Assembly: GCA_965248925.1 (NCBI GenBank)
Contig: CBDFLE010000005.1
Coordinates: forward strand, 544,001-608,000
Origin: Candidatus Multivoradales bacterium
GTDB lineage: Bacteria; Acidobacteriota; Thermoanaerobaculia; Multivoradales; J023
Length of the DNA: 64,000 nt
Reading direction: 5' to 3'
The position numbers and the translations under genes were made by a program. Below the pieces are notes generated by a model that saw only the letters and a program-made list of their open reading frames with translations, made no database searches and had not been told where the DNA came from. Below, one piece after another: positions 18,336-28,009 of this stretch (its first letter is position 1; each line of letters starts with the position of its first letter).

Positions 18336-20687
18336 TCAAGGACAGGCGCGGAAAGTCGAAGTGTCGAAGATCGGTGCCGCGGCTCCGCTGCCGTTGTCGC
18401 GGTAGATCTTGCGCTGTCCGGTCTCGGTATCTTCGATGGTGACCACGATCGACAAAGTCGTGGTGGCGGCGTAGGACAGCCAGTAGGCGCCGAAGGTCTC
18501 ACAGGCGTCAACCGCCTTGACCAGGAACTCAAAGTTGCTGCGATCGTCGTAGTAGAACAATCCTGACTTGTCCGACAGCACCACTACTTTGGCGTCGCGA
18601 GTAGTGCCGTTCGGGATCGTGTAACGGATGCTCACCCTGAACCGGCCGCTGAGCAGGCAGAGAGTGTTGATACCGGCAGGGCAGTTGGTGTTGTCATCGT
18701 CGGCGATCGTCAGCGTCGCGTTGCCGCGTAGCGGGTCGATGGTGGTGCCACCGGTGGCGCCGCTCAAGCTGAGCTCAATGGTCTCATTGCCCTCGGGGTC
18801 GAGGTCGTCGAGGATTGGCACCAAGAAGGTCCTGTCCGCGCCGTCGCCAGCGGCCCAGCTCAGAGTGCCGCTGACCGCGGTGTAGTCGCTACCGTCGAAG
18901 GCGCTACCGTCGAAGCTCGAATAACTGACCGAAGCGGCGCCGTCCTCGCCCGAAGAGCGCTCGACGGTGATCACCGCCATGCCGGACTGCTCCAAGGCCT
19001 GGTACGCGGCCGAGCTGAATTTGAAGATGCCCGGTGTGCCGCCACCACCACCGCCACCACCGCCACCACCGCCACCACCGCCACCACCGCCACCACCGCC
19101 GCCGGTACCGCCGTCACTGGCCAAGATCACCAGGTCAGCTTCGCCCCGCAAACCGTCGATCACCGCTCCGCCGGTGACGTTGGCCAAGGTGAGATGGACG
19201 GTCTCGGCGCCCTCGGACGCACTATCATCGAGAATCGGTACCGAGAAAGTCTTGTCAGCGCCATCGCCGGCGGCCCAAGTCAGCACGCCGGAGCTTCCCA
19301 GATAGTCGCTGCCGTCGCTGGCACTGCCATCGCTGGTGGAGTACTCAACGCTGACCACGCCGTCCTCGCCCGAGGAGCGCTCGACGGTGATCACCGCCGT
19401 GCCAGCTTCCTCGAGCACTTCGAAACTGATCTCGTCGAACTTGATCACCCCTGGTGTTCCAGTCCCACCGCCACCGCCACCGCCACCGCCACCGGTGCCG
19501 CCATCGTTGGCCAGAATTCGAATCACCGCGGTATCACGTCCGGCCGTGAGGCCAGCACCACCGGTGGGGTTGGACAAGGTCAGTTGCAGGATCTCGTCGC
19601 CTTCCGCCAGCTCGTCTTCGAGGATTGGCACAACAAAAGTCATGTCGGTGCCGTCACCATTGGCCCAGCTCAAGGTGCCGCCGACGCCGGTGTAATCGCT
19701 GCCATCCTCGGCGCTGAGGTCGCTGGTGGTGTAGTCGACGGTGACCGCGCCGGAATCTCCCTGGGAACGCTCGACACGAATGATAGCCACGCCGGCCGAC
19801 TCGAGGACCTCGAAGCTAGCTTCGTCGAATTTCAGGTTGCCGGCAGCGCCGCCACCACCACCACCACCACCACCACCGCCGCCGCCGCCGGTGCCACCAT
19901 CACTGGCCAGGATGACCAAGGTGGAGGTGCCGCGCAGGCCGTCGATGGTAGCGCCGCCAGTAGCGTTGGAGAGCACCATCTCGATGGTCTCGTCGCCTTC
20001 GGCTTCGGCATCGTCGAGGATCGGAACGTTGAAAGTCTTGGCCAGGCCGTCGAGATTGGCCCACATCAAAGTGCCACTGACGGATTGGAAGTCGCTGCCA
20101 TCGATGGCAGAGCCGCCACTGATCGTGTAGTCCACCGAAACCACGCCGGACTCGCCTTGCGAGCGCTCGACTCGGATCACCGCCAGGCCGGCTTCTTCGA
20201 GCACCTCGAAGGTGACCTCGTCGAATTTCAGGTTGCCAGCAGCGCCACCGCCGCCACCGCCGGTGCCGCCATCGCTGGCCAGGATGACCACCACCGAAGT
20301 GCCGCGGCCGGCGCGAATGATTGAGCCGCCGGTGGGGTTGGAGAGTTCCAGATCGATGGTCTCGGCGCCCTCGGCCTCGGCATCGTCGAGAATCGGAATC
20401 TCGACCACCCGGTTGCTTCCGTCTTGATCCCCCCATGACAGCGTGCCCGCGGCGGCCGTGTAGTCGGTGCCTTCGCTGGCGCTGCCGCCAGTCGTCGACC
20501 AGTTGATAGTGACCGCTCCATCTTCACCGCGCGAGCGCTCGATCACCACCAACGCGACGCCGGCCTCTTCGAGTACTTCGGTACTGTCCTCATCAAAGGC
20601 GATCTCGCCGTTGCCGGCGGCTAACAAGGGGGATGCCAAGAGGGCCAGGATCCACCCCAAGACTAGTTTCATGTTGAGTGCTTTCAT
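18336..20687 (-). CDS. Secreted/surface protein with 5 Calx-beta domains, poly-Gly linkers and an LCL..GRF C-terminal domain
   Basis: Signal peptide MKALNMKLVLGWILALLASPLLA; five repeats F....EV.E.AG.A.I.VERS.G...DY....GTL.W..GD....F.VPILDD...EG.E; GGAGG RBS. Confidence 0.88.
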   Translation of the reverse strand: MKALNMKLVLGWILALLASPLLAAGNGEIAFDEDSTEVLEEAGVALVVIERSRGEDGAVTINWSTTGGSASEGTDYTAAAGTLSWGDQDGSNRVVEIPILDDAEAEGAETIDLELSNPTGGSIIRAGRGTSVVVILASDGGTGGGGGGAAGNLKFDEVTFEVLEEAGLAVIRVERSQGESGVVSVDYTISGGSAIDGSDFQSVSGTLMWANLDGLAKTFNVPILDDAEAEGDETIEMVLSNATGGATIDGLRGTSTLVILASDGGTGGGGGGGGGGGGGGAAGNLKFDEASFEVLESAGVAIIRVERSQGDSGAVTVDYTTSDLSAEDGSDYTGVGGTLSWANGDGTDMTFVVPILEDELAEGDEILQLTLSNPTGGAGLTAGRDTAVIRILANDGGTGGGGGGGGGGTGTPGVIKFDEISFEVLEEAGTAVITVERSSGEDGVVSVEYSTSDGSASDGSDYLGSSGVLTWAAGDGADKTFSVPILDDSASEGAETVHLTLANVTGGAVIDGLRGEADLVILASDGGTGGGGGGGGGGGGGGGGGGGGGGTPGIFKFSSAAYQALEQSGMAVITVERSSGEDGAASVSYSSFDGSAFDGSDYTAVSGTLSWAAGDGADRTFLVPILDDLDPEGNETIELSLSGATGGTTIDPLRGNATLTIADDDNTNCPAGINTLCLLSGRFRVSIRYTIPNGTTRDAKVVVLSDKSGLFYYDDRSNFEFLVKAVDACETFGAYWLSYAATTTLSIVVTIEDTETGQRKIYRDNGSGAAAPIFDTSTFRACP
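19039..20262 (-). repeat. Four GGN microsatellite tracts encoding Gly linkers (about 22, 10, 14 and 6 Gly)
   Basis: (CCA/CCG)n runs on the + strand at 19039-19104, 19465-19494, 19849-19890 and 20245-20262. Confidence 0.9.
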
Positions 20688-20966
20688 CTTCGTATCCTCC
20701 ACACTTTGTTGTTCGGAAAAGGCTCGTTCACTTGAACTTTGCCGCTCAACCCGGTTGCGGGCGAAGTGCTGAATGTGGGTGCTGAATGAGCATCGCACTC
20801 GGCAGCAAGCGGCTTGGCATGCTCCAGTTATAGCCAGGCGTGTATGAACGGAACATGACCGAGATAAAGTGCCGAGCGGTAGGGTCCAGCCTGGCTCCGT
20901 GATCCCGATCATTGTTAGGGAGAGCATTCATTTAGCGTTCATGCGCCAATCTGTATACCTCTAAGC

Positions 20967-23183
20967 ATGAACAGCTCGCTCGAAGATTCAACCGCGTTCA
21001 CCAGCCGATCAGAACCTAGCTCGCTAGGGCCGCTAGCCCCACGATTGATTGCCGTGGACTCGGTGAACCGCGTCGGTTCCGACCTGAGTTCTCCTCAGCT
21101 CTACCTCAATCGGGAGCTGACCTGGCTGGCTTTTAACCGCCGCGTGCTGCACGAGGCGCGGGACCCGCAAACACCGCTGCTTGAGAGGGTTAAATTTCTT
21201 AGCATTGTCAGCTCGAACTTGGACGAGTTCTTCATGAAGAGGATCGGCGGCTTGAAGCAGCAAGCCGCCGCGCAGCTGGAGGTGCTGAGCGTCGATGGCC
21301 GGACCCCTCGGCAACAGATCGCCGAGAGCCTGGAAGAAGCCCGCCAGATCCTTGAGGAGCAGCAGGTGGTCTTTGGGACCTTGCTCGGTGAGTTGCAGGC
21401 CAAGGGCATCCGCTTGCGGCGTTACCGAGATCTCGATTCGAAGCTGCGACGAGTAGCTCGTGGCCACTACAAACGACAGGTCCTGCCGCTGATCACGCCG
21501 CTGGGTTTCGATCCCGCTCACCCCTTCCCGGTGCTCTCTAACCGGTCACTGAATCTGCTGGTGGAGCTTCGGGAAAATGCTGACGAGCCTACCTTCCTGG
21601 CGCGGATCAAGGTGCCAGTGAGTGCCAGGACGCCACGTCTTGTCCAGATCGGCAAGCAGCAGCAGTTTGTGTTCCTCGAGGAAGTCATCGCCCACAACCT
21701 GGACTTACTGTTTGGCGACTGCCTGGTCGAGTCCTGCCACGCTTTCCGGGTGATCCGCAATGCATCGACCGAGCGCGACGAAGAGAACGCCGACGATCTG
21801 CTGGCGATGATAGAAGCGGAGCTTCGCGATCGTCGGTTTGCTCCCTTCGTCCGTCTCGAGGTAGCAAAGGAGATGGCCCCGGCCCATCGCCGGCTTCTGG
21901 CCGCTGAGTTGGGGCTCGACTTGGTGTTCGACGTCTTCGAAAATGAGGGCCCGCTGGCGCTGGCGCATTTGCTCGAGCTTGCCAACCTGGATCTTCCACA
22001 GCTTCACTTCTCGCCCCATCGGCCGAGGGTCAACGCCCAGCTGGCCGAGAAACACAACGTATTCGCCGCCATTCGCCGCCATGGCTCGATTCTGCTGCAG
22101 CACCCGCGTGAGTCCTTCGGTGCTTCGGTCGAGCGCTTCGTCGACGAGGCGAGCCGCGATCCAAAAGTGGTGGCGATCAAAGCGACCCTCTATCGCACCT
22201 CGGACGGCACCCGGATTGTCGACAGCCTGGTGCAAGCCGCGCTTGATGGTAAGCAGGTGGCGGTGGCGGTGGAGCTGAAAGCTCGATTCGACGAAGCGGC
22301 CAACGTCCGCTGGGCCCGCCGTCTGGAAGAAGCCGGGGTTCATGTCAGCTACGGCATCGTCGGTCTCAAGACCCACTGCAAGGCATTGCTGGTGGTGCGT
22401 GAGCAGACCGGAGGGCTGACGCGCTACGTTCACATCAGCACCGGCAACTATCATGCAGGCACCGCTCTCGCCTACAGTGATCTGGGGTTGCTGAGTTGCG
22501 ACGAGGAGCTCGGCTGGGACATCGCCGATCTGTTCAATGCGTTGACCACCGGGCGTAACTTGGACCGTCGCTACCGCAAGATCCTGACCGCGCCCAAGGT
22601 GATGAAAGCCCTGCTGCTGGCCAAAATCGAGCGCGAAACCAAGCTCCACAATCCAGCCTCCCCCGGCTTGATCCGCCTCAAGACCAATGCCCTGGAAGAC
22701 CCGGATGTGGTCGCGGCGCTCTACCGGGCCGGCAGAGCCGGGGTGCGGGTCGAGCTGTTTGTGCGCGACACCTGCAGGTTGCGCCCTGGTCTACCAGGAC
22801 TCTCCGAGAGCATTCGGGTATTTAGTATCGTCGGCCGGTTCCTAGAGCATTCGCGGGTCTACCACTTCAGCAATGGTGGGGAAGACGAGTACTTCATCGG
22901 CTCAGCGGATCTGATGCAGCGCAATCTCGAGCACCGAGTGGAGCTGCTGGTGCCAGTGGAGCAGCCGGACCAACGTCAGGTGCTGGAGAAGTTCCTTCGG
23001 GCCTCGCCCGGCAAGGACTGGCGGATTTGGCAGATGCAGTCCGATGGCAGCTACATCGAGCAGCCGGATTCGCCCACCGCGAAAGCACCCGCCGCGAGCT
23101 CGGTCCGCGTCGCGGTAGCAGAAAGCCAATGCGAGGTATTGAGTTGGAGAAAAAATGTTCTGGAGGTGGCGAATGCCTCTTGA
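20967..23183 (+). CDS. ppk1: Polyphosphate kinase 1
   Basis: YLNRELTWLAFNRRVL, SSNLDEFFMKR, HPFP, ELKARFDE, LKTHCK, STGNY, SIVGRFLEHSR, GSADLMQRNL. Confidence 0.95.
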   Translation: MNSSLEDSTAFTSRSEPSSLGPLAPRLIAVDSVNRVGSDLSSPQLYLNRELTWLAFNRRVLHEARDPQTPLLERVKFLSIVSSNLDEFFMKRIGGLKQQAAAQLEVLSVDGRTPRQQIAESLEEARQILEEQQVVFGTLLGELQAKGIRLRRYRDLDSKLRRVARGHYKRQVLPLITPLGFDPAHPFPVLSNRSLNLLVELRENADEPTFLARIKVPVSARTPRLVQIGKQQQFVFLEEVIAHNLDLLFGDCLVESCHAFRVIRNASTERDEENADDLLAMIEAELRDRRFAPFVRLEVAKEMAPAHRRLLAAELGLDLVFDVFENEGPLALAHLLELANLDLPQLHFSPHRPRVNAQLAEKHNVFAAIRRHGSILLQHPRESFGASVERFVDEASRDPKVVAIKATLYRTSDGTRIVDSLVQAALDGKQVAVAVELKARFDEAANVRWARRLEEAGVHVSYGIVGLKTHCKALLVVREQTGGLTRYVHISTGNYHAGTALAYSDLGLLSCDEELGWDIADLFNALTTGRNLDRRYRKILTAPKVMKALLLAKIERETKLHNPASPGLIRLKTNALEDPDVVAALYRAGRAGVRVELFVRDTCRLRPGLPGLSESIRVFSIVGRFLEHSRVYHFSNGGEDEYFIGSADLMQRNLEHRVELLVPVEQPDQRQVLEKFLRASPGKDWRIWQMQSDGSYIEQPDSPTAKAPAASSVRVAVAESQCEVLSWRKNVLEVANAS

Positions 23184-23184
23184 A

Positions 23185-23976
23185 ATGATCGACACAACGA
23201 AAGAGAGGCACTCGATGACCGATCTGGCGGAAATCCTACCGACCACTGAAAGGCCGTTGCTGCCACCGACCCCCATCCGGGCCGGTGATGTGATGCCTAC
23301 AGTCGACGATGGCAAGGCCGAGAATGAGTCGGGTGATGAACTCTTGTTGATGATCGCGGAAGCTATTGACGTCAACCTGGGGAGCCGTTCGGCCAAAAAG
23401 AAGAAAAAGAGCAAGTCCAGTAAGAAGCAGGGCCTTGACGTGGGTACCAGCCGCGGCATCGAGTCAATGCTACGCAACTCCTACCGGGCGCAGCTGGCGA
23501 TGATTGCGCTGGCGGCTCGCAAGGCCAACATCATGATCTCGGTCAATGGTTTTCTCTTGTCGTTGCTGACCGTCGGCAGTGCCTATGTGCTGACCTCGGC
23601 ACCTTATCTGCTGATCCCCTCCGGGATCTTCCTGGTGACTTGTATCACGGCAATTCTATTCGCCGTATTGGCAGCCCGTCCGCAGCGGGTCGACAGTTCG
23701 AGAACCCGGCTGAAAGACTTCCGCAAGGAGCGGGCCGACCTGCTGGTCTTCGAGCAGTTCTCGAACCTATCCAAAGAAGACCACATGGCGGTCATGCTGG
23801 AGATGATGGGCGACAAGGAGCGGGTCTACCGCAGCATGGTGGCCCATCTACACTTCCTCGGTCAGTCCGCCAATCGCCGTTTCGAAACTCTGCGAATCTC
23901 CTACAATGCGTTCATCATCGGATTGATCGCCAGCTGTGTCGCCTTGGCGGCGGTAGTAGCGATCTTTTACCTTTAG
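23185..23976 (+). CDS. DUF5706 / Pycsar-effector-like membrane protein
   Basis: GTSRGIESMLRNSYRAQL...ARKANIMISVNG, two TMs ending AARP, LLVFEQFS, final TM after LRISYNAF. Confidence 0.75.
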   Translation: MIDTTKERHSMTDLAEILPTTERPLLPPTPIRAGDVMPTVDDGKAENESGDELLLMIAEAIDVNLGSRSAKKKKKSKSSKKQGLDVGTSRGIESMLRNSYRAQLAMIALAARKANIMISVNGFLLSLLTVGSAYVLTSAPYLLIPSGIFLVTCITAILFAVLAARPQRVDSSRTRLKDFRKERADLLVFEQFSNLSKEDHMAVMLEMMGDKERVYRSMVAHLHFLGQSANRRFETLRISYNAFIIGLIASCVALAAVVAIFYL

Positions 23977-23990
23977 GAAGAGTCGACTAG

Positions 23991-25007
23991 ATGAAGACAC
24001 TCTTGCGCGGCGCTTCGCGGCCGTGGCGGTGGGGGTGCGAGGCCCCTTTGGCGCTCTCGGCAATGCTCCTGCTGGCCGCTGGCGCCGCCACCGAGGCGGA
24101 ATTCAAGTTGATCGAAGGCATCTATGAGCCCTCTGGCGCCACCCAGCTCGAAGACGGGACGATCGTCGCCGTCGAAGACGAGCCCGCGCGGCCGTTCAGC
24201 TTGCTGAGCCCGGCCGGGTTGGTGACTCGGCTCAGTGCTCAACCGCTGCGATCCGGCTCGTTACTCTCGGCCGCTTTTCTCGAGCTGGCCGATCTGGAGG
24301 GGGTCGCGGCCGGAGAGTCAGGCTTCGCTTATGCCATCACTTCGCATTCGCGAAAGGACAACGGCAAGCGCTCCGCTGAGCGAGAACGGCTGGTGAGGTT
24401 CAGAGTCGAGGACTCGAGGATCACTGATCTAGAGGTGGTGACCGGTCTGCGCGATGCTCTGGTTCGGGCGTTTCCAGAGCTCGACAGCGCGGCAAGAGAG
24501 CGCCAGGTGAAACGAGACCATGGGCTGAACCTGGAAGGTCTGACCTTCGGTCTCCGGCGGCAGACGCTGTGGATCGGATTTCGCGGTCCGTTGGTCAAGG
24601 GTGACGCGATGCTGGTCTCGATCCTCAACCCGCGACGGGCCTTCGAAAGCGATGAGGGCTTTCGCTTTGGCGACCGGGTGTTGACCTTGGATCTCGGCGG
24701 AGGTGGCATCCGTGGCTTGGCCTACGTCCCCCGGCTCTCTGGCTTTCTGATCCTCAGCCAGCGCGAGAGTGGCAAAAAAGAGAGCCCCTTCAAGCTGTGG
24801 CTGTGGAACGGCGGCGGGGAACACTCGGTGCGGCGGGTTCGGATCGAGGGTGTGGCCGATCTGCGAAGGGCCGAGGCGGTGGTGCCGATAAGCCTCGAGG
24901 GCCAAGACAAGCTTCTGCTGCTCAGCGACGACGGCAGCTACCGCCAGCGCCGCCCTGCCAGGTACTTGCTGGTTGACTACGCGGCGCTGCGCATCGATCA
25001 GGAATAG
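23991..25007 (+). CDS. DUF3616-like exported beta-propeller protein
   Basis: Signal-like N-terminus; YEPSG...VEDE, DLEGV, YAITSHSR, LNLEGL, WIGFRGPL, LDLGGGGIR, LLLSDDG. Confidence 0.72.
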   Translation: MKTLLRGASRPWRWGCEAPLALSAMLLLAAGAATEAEFKLIEGIYEPSGATQLEDGTIVAVEDEPARPFSLLSPAGLVTRLSAQPLRSGSLLSAAFLELADLEGVAAGESGFAYAITSHSRKDNGKRSAERERLVRFRVEDSRITDLEVVTGLRDALVRAFPELDSAARERQVKRDHGLNLEGLTFGLRRQTLWIGFRGPLVKGDAMLVSILNPRRAFESDEGFRFGDRVLTLDLGGGGIRGLAYVPRLSGFLILSQRESGKKESPFKLWLWNGGGEHSVRRVRIEGVADLRRAEAVVPISLEGQDKLLLLSDDGSYRQRRPARYLLVDYAALRIDQE

Positions 25008-25026
25008 CGGTGAAACGAGGAGAAGC

Positions 25027-26223
25027 ATGAAAACCACGATCTTGCTGAGGAGTTGGGTCCTTGTCACGGCGCTGGTGTCGCTTGTTGGACTGGCCCAGGC
25101 GAAAGAGAAGTCAGGCCAAGACGGGTCCAGGATCGAGATTGGCAAGAAGGGTTTACGTTTCGCCACCACCGGCGGCGATTTTAAGCTCAGGCTGGGGGGT
25201 CGCTTACAGATCGACGGCGCGTTGCATGACGAGGATCGCAGTACCTTAGAAGATGGCAGCGAAGTGCGCCGTGCACGGATCTACCTCAAGGGCTCTATGT
25301 TCGACCGCTGGTCATTCAAGGCGCAGGCCGATTTCAGCGACGGCGACGCCGACCTCAAGGATCTATATCTCCGCCATACCGGTCGTAAAGGGACTGAAAT
25401 CACCATCGGCAACTTCAAAGAGCCCTTCGCGATGGAAGAGCAGATCAGCTCCAAGCACATCACCTTCGTCGAGAGATCCCTGCCCATTGCCGCTTTCGCC
25501 CCCGGTCGCGCGGTGGGCTTGGGGATCCACCATGGCAACCAACATGGCGGAGCTTCGGTGGGGCTCTTCGGCGAGGCCATCTCAGGCCATAACAGCTTCG
25601 ACGACCAGGGATTTGGCATCGCCGCCCGCTTCACTCGATCGCCTTTTGTCGGCAAGAGCAAAGTCTTGCACCTGGGATTCGCGACCGCGTACCGCGAGCC
25701 CCGAAGGGGACAGAGGCTGCGCTTCGACGCGGCGCCGGAGTCTTCGGTGGCGGGCGAAGAGCTGGTTCGCACTCGGCGGCTCAACGACGTCCAGGCCACC
25801 GTGAGCTACGGCCTCGAAGCAGCTTGGCGGGCGGGTTCAGTGTCTCTCCAGGGCGAATACATCGGAGTTGAGGTCAACCGCAACGACGGCAAGTCCGATG
25901 TCAGCTTATCTGGCTGGTATACCTACCTCAGCTGGTTCCCCACCGCTGATCGCCGCCCCTACGATGCAGCAGAAGGTGTCTTCGGCCAAGTGAAACCCAA
26001 GCACAAAGGCGGTGCCTGGGAGCTGGCGGTGCGTTTCAGCACCCTCGACCTCGATGGCCCCGGCGCCGATGGCGGCCAGCAAGACAACATCACCCTGGCC
26101 ACCAGCTGGTACCCCAACACCAACCTCCGCTTGATGCTCAACTACGTCATGGTTGACTCTACCCGCCGCGGCCGCGATGACAACCCCAACATCCTGCTGG
26201 CCCGCGCCCAGGTGGTGTTCTAG
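25027..26223 (+). CDS. Phosphate-selective porin OprO/OprP family
   Basis: Signal peptide; GGRLQIDG, EVRRARI, GNFKEPF.ME, FVERS, GAWELAVRFS.LDL; C-terminal Phe (QVVF). Confidence 0.9.
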   Translation: MKTTILLRSWVLVTALVSLVGLAQAKEKSGQDGSRIEIGKKGLRFATTGGDFKLRLGGRLQIDGALHDEDRSTLEDGSEVRRARIYLKGSMFDRWSFKAQADFSDGDADLKDLYLRHTGRKGTEITIGNFKEPFAMEEQISSKHITFVERSLPIAAFAPGRAVGLGIHHGNQHGGASVGLFGEAISGHNSFDDQGFGIAARFTRSPFVGKSKVLHLGFATAYREPRRGQRLRFDAAPESSVAGEELVRTRRLNDVQATVSYGLEAAWRAGSVSLQGEYIGVEVNRNDGKSDVSLSGWYTYLSWFPTADRRPYDAAEGVFGQVKPKHKGGAWELAVRFSTLDLDGPGADGGQQDNITLATSWYPNTNLRLMLNYVMVDSTRRGRDDNPNILLARAQVVF

Positions 26224-26285
26224 GAACCGGTGTTGGAGTAGGTCTCCCGCCGCTCAAAGAGACCCTGACTTTGGGGCACTCTCAA

Positions 26286-26352
26286 CCCCCCCCCCCCCAA
26301 GAAAAAGCCCTAGGTGGGTGGCACACTTAGCCCTGGCACACTTAGCCCTGGC
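26286..26352. repeat. C13 homopolymer followed by a 15-bp tandem duplication
   Basis: C13 at 26286-26298; TGGCACACTTAGCCC x2 plus TGGC at 26319-26352, between convergent genes. Confidence 0.9.
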
Positions 26353-26355
26353 GAC

Positions 26356-27998
26356 TCAATCAACCCCGACCCAGCGTGGCGGATCGCCCTCGGGGCTGGC
26401 GGCGACCAGGTGGGCGCCGCGGATGCCGCGGCGCCGGTTGGGGCCGTAGGTGACCGGGCGGGTGACTTGGGTGGGGAAGTCGTACATGCTCTCCAGCGCT
26501 TCGATCAAGCGGCCGCGGGTGAGGCCGCGACCGGCTTGGTTGGCGGCGGCGACGAAGAGCTGGGCGGCGGCGAGGGCGGCGAGCTGGGCGGGACGGTGGC
26601 CAGTGGGCAGCTGGTGACTCTGATTCAGCTGGCGATAAAGTTCGACTCCTTGCGGGTCGAGGTCTCCGGGCAGCGATGGGTAGGCCAGGTAGAGGTCGCC
26701 TAGGTCGTTCCCCGGAGTGCTCAGCAGGGCGCGGCCGCTGAGCATTCCGCAGGCTAGCCAGCGGGTCTTGAAATCCACGCCGCGGGTGGCTTGGATCAAG
26801 CTGCTGGCGGGCTGGCCGGCGAGCAGGATGAAGATGGCGTCAGGACTGCTCGCGGCCAAACTCTCGGCCAGCGCTGCTGGGTTCTCGCCCGGTTGCATAT
26901 GCCAGGACTCTGGTGTGCGCCAGCCGTGGGCCGCGATTTGCTCGAATAACGCCGCCTCGAGCCGGCCGGAAAGTAGATCGGTGCCGCGCACCACGGCGGT
27001 GGTGGGACCCTGCTCACCGAAGCTGCCGGCAAGGGACTCAGCCAAGGCCCGAGTTTGATCTTCGAGACCCGAGTGGATGTAGAAAAGATTGGGGTTGGGA
27101 GGCGGGTGACCGGCGGATCGTAGGTCAGCGGCGCCAGCCAGGGAACTTCGATTTGGTCCAGCAGGCTGGCCAGCTGGTCTTCGACGCCGAACATAGAGCC
27201 GCCGACCAGGGCGAAGATCTTTTGCTCCTCGACCAGCGAGCGTAGTGAGCTCGTGGGGCTGGTCGTGCTAGTGGGGAAGCTCACCTCTACTTTGCGCCCA
27301 TAGATACCCCCCCGTTCGCCGAGGTTGGCGAAGAAGGCATGCAGCATGGCGCGGGCGGCGGTGTTGGGGCCATCGGGTCCGTCGTCTAGCAGCAGGCTGC
27401 CAAGGGTGATCGTGGAGTCGTCGACTCCCGGCTCGGGCTCATTGCCGAGCCTTTTCAAATAGGCCAGCAGGTCGCCCATGTCTCCTTGCGACAGGCGGTA
27501 CCGGGGCATCGCGACTTGCAGCTCATTGCCCCCCGCGTCCCTGCCCATGGTGATCGCTCGCGTGACGCTGCGTTCGTCGTAGGGGGGATGGCGGCGGCCA
27601 CTGGCATGCTCGACTTCGTAGGGGCGGGTCAAGCTCGCCCAGCGCAGGTCGGTGGGGAAGGTGCCGCCTTCGGGCCTGCCTTTGCCGTCGCCGCCGTGGC
27701 AGTTGGCGCAGGGCAGCGCGGCGGCTGGGATCTCGATCTCAGTGCCTTGTAGGGTGGCGGTGATTTCCTTACCGCGGCCGCTGGTGCCCTGGTGGAAGAT
27801 CTGCCGGCCATTCTCTTCGGCCGGGTTTAGCTCGCTGGCCGCGGCAACCGCGGCAACGGCCAGCCAGGTGATCAGCACGGCGGCGGTCGGCCAGCGAAGC
27901 CAGCCCCGAACCACGGGGGTGCGGGCGGGTGAATGAAATCCCCCGGTCCACACCGTGGCAACGCTAGCCGGCCGCCGCCGGCTGATCCCTGCACCCAT
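26356..27998 (-). CDS. Cytochrome c-periplasmic binding protein (LivJ-like) fusion; frameshifted near 27105
   Basis: AAGGAG RBS; signal/TM; CANCH heme motif, GRPEGG, MPRY; the SBP frame resumes as PPNPNLFYIHSGLEDQTRALAESLAG (ORF 26356..27045), and one missing base restores a single ORF. Confidence 0.75.
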
Positions 27999-28009
27999 CG
28001 CAAACTCCT

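Noticed and set aside
18967-20427. Poly-proline ORFs on the + strand
   Set aside because: Antisense reading of the poly-Gly linkers in the Calx-beta gene
23185-23976. Pycsar anti-phage system
   Set aside because: No pyrimidine cyclase or other defence gene is adjacent; the context is phosphate metabolism
26319-26352. TGGCAC-containing repeat as a sigma54 promoter or mini-CRISPR
   Set aside because: No GC at the -12 position (GG-N10-GC fails); it lies between convergent gene ends; only two adjacent copies with no spacers and no cas genes
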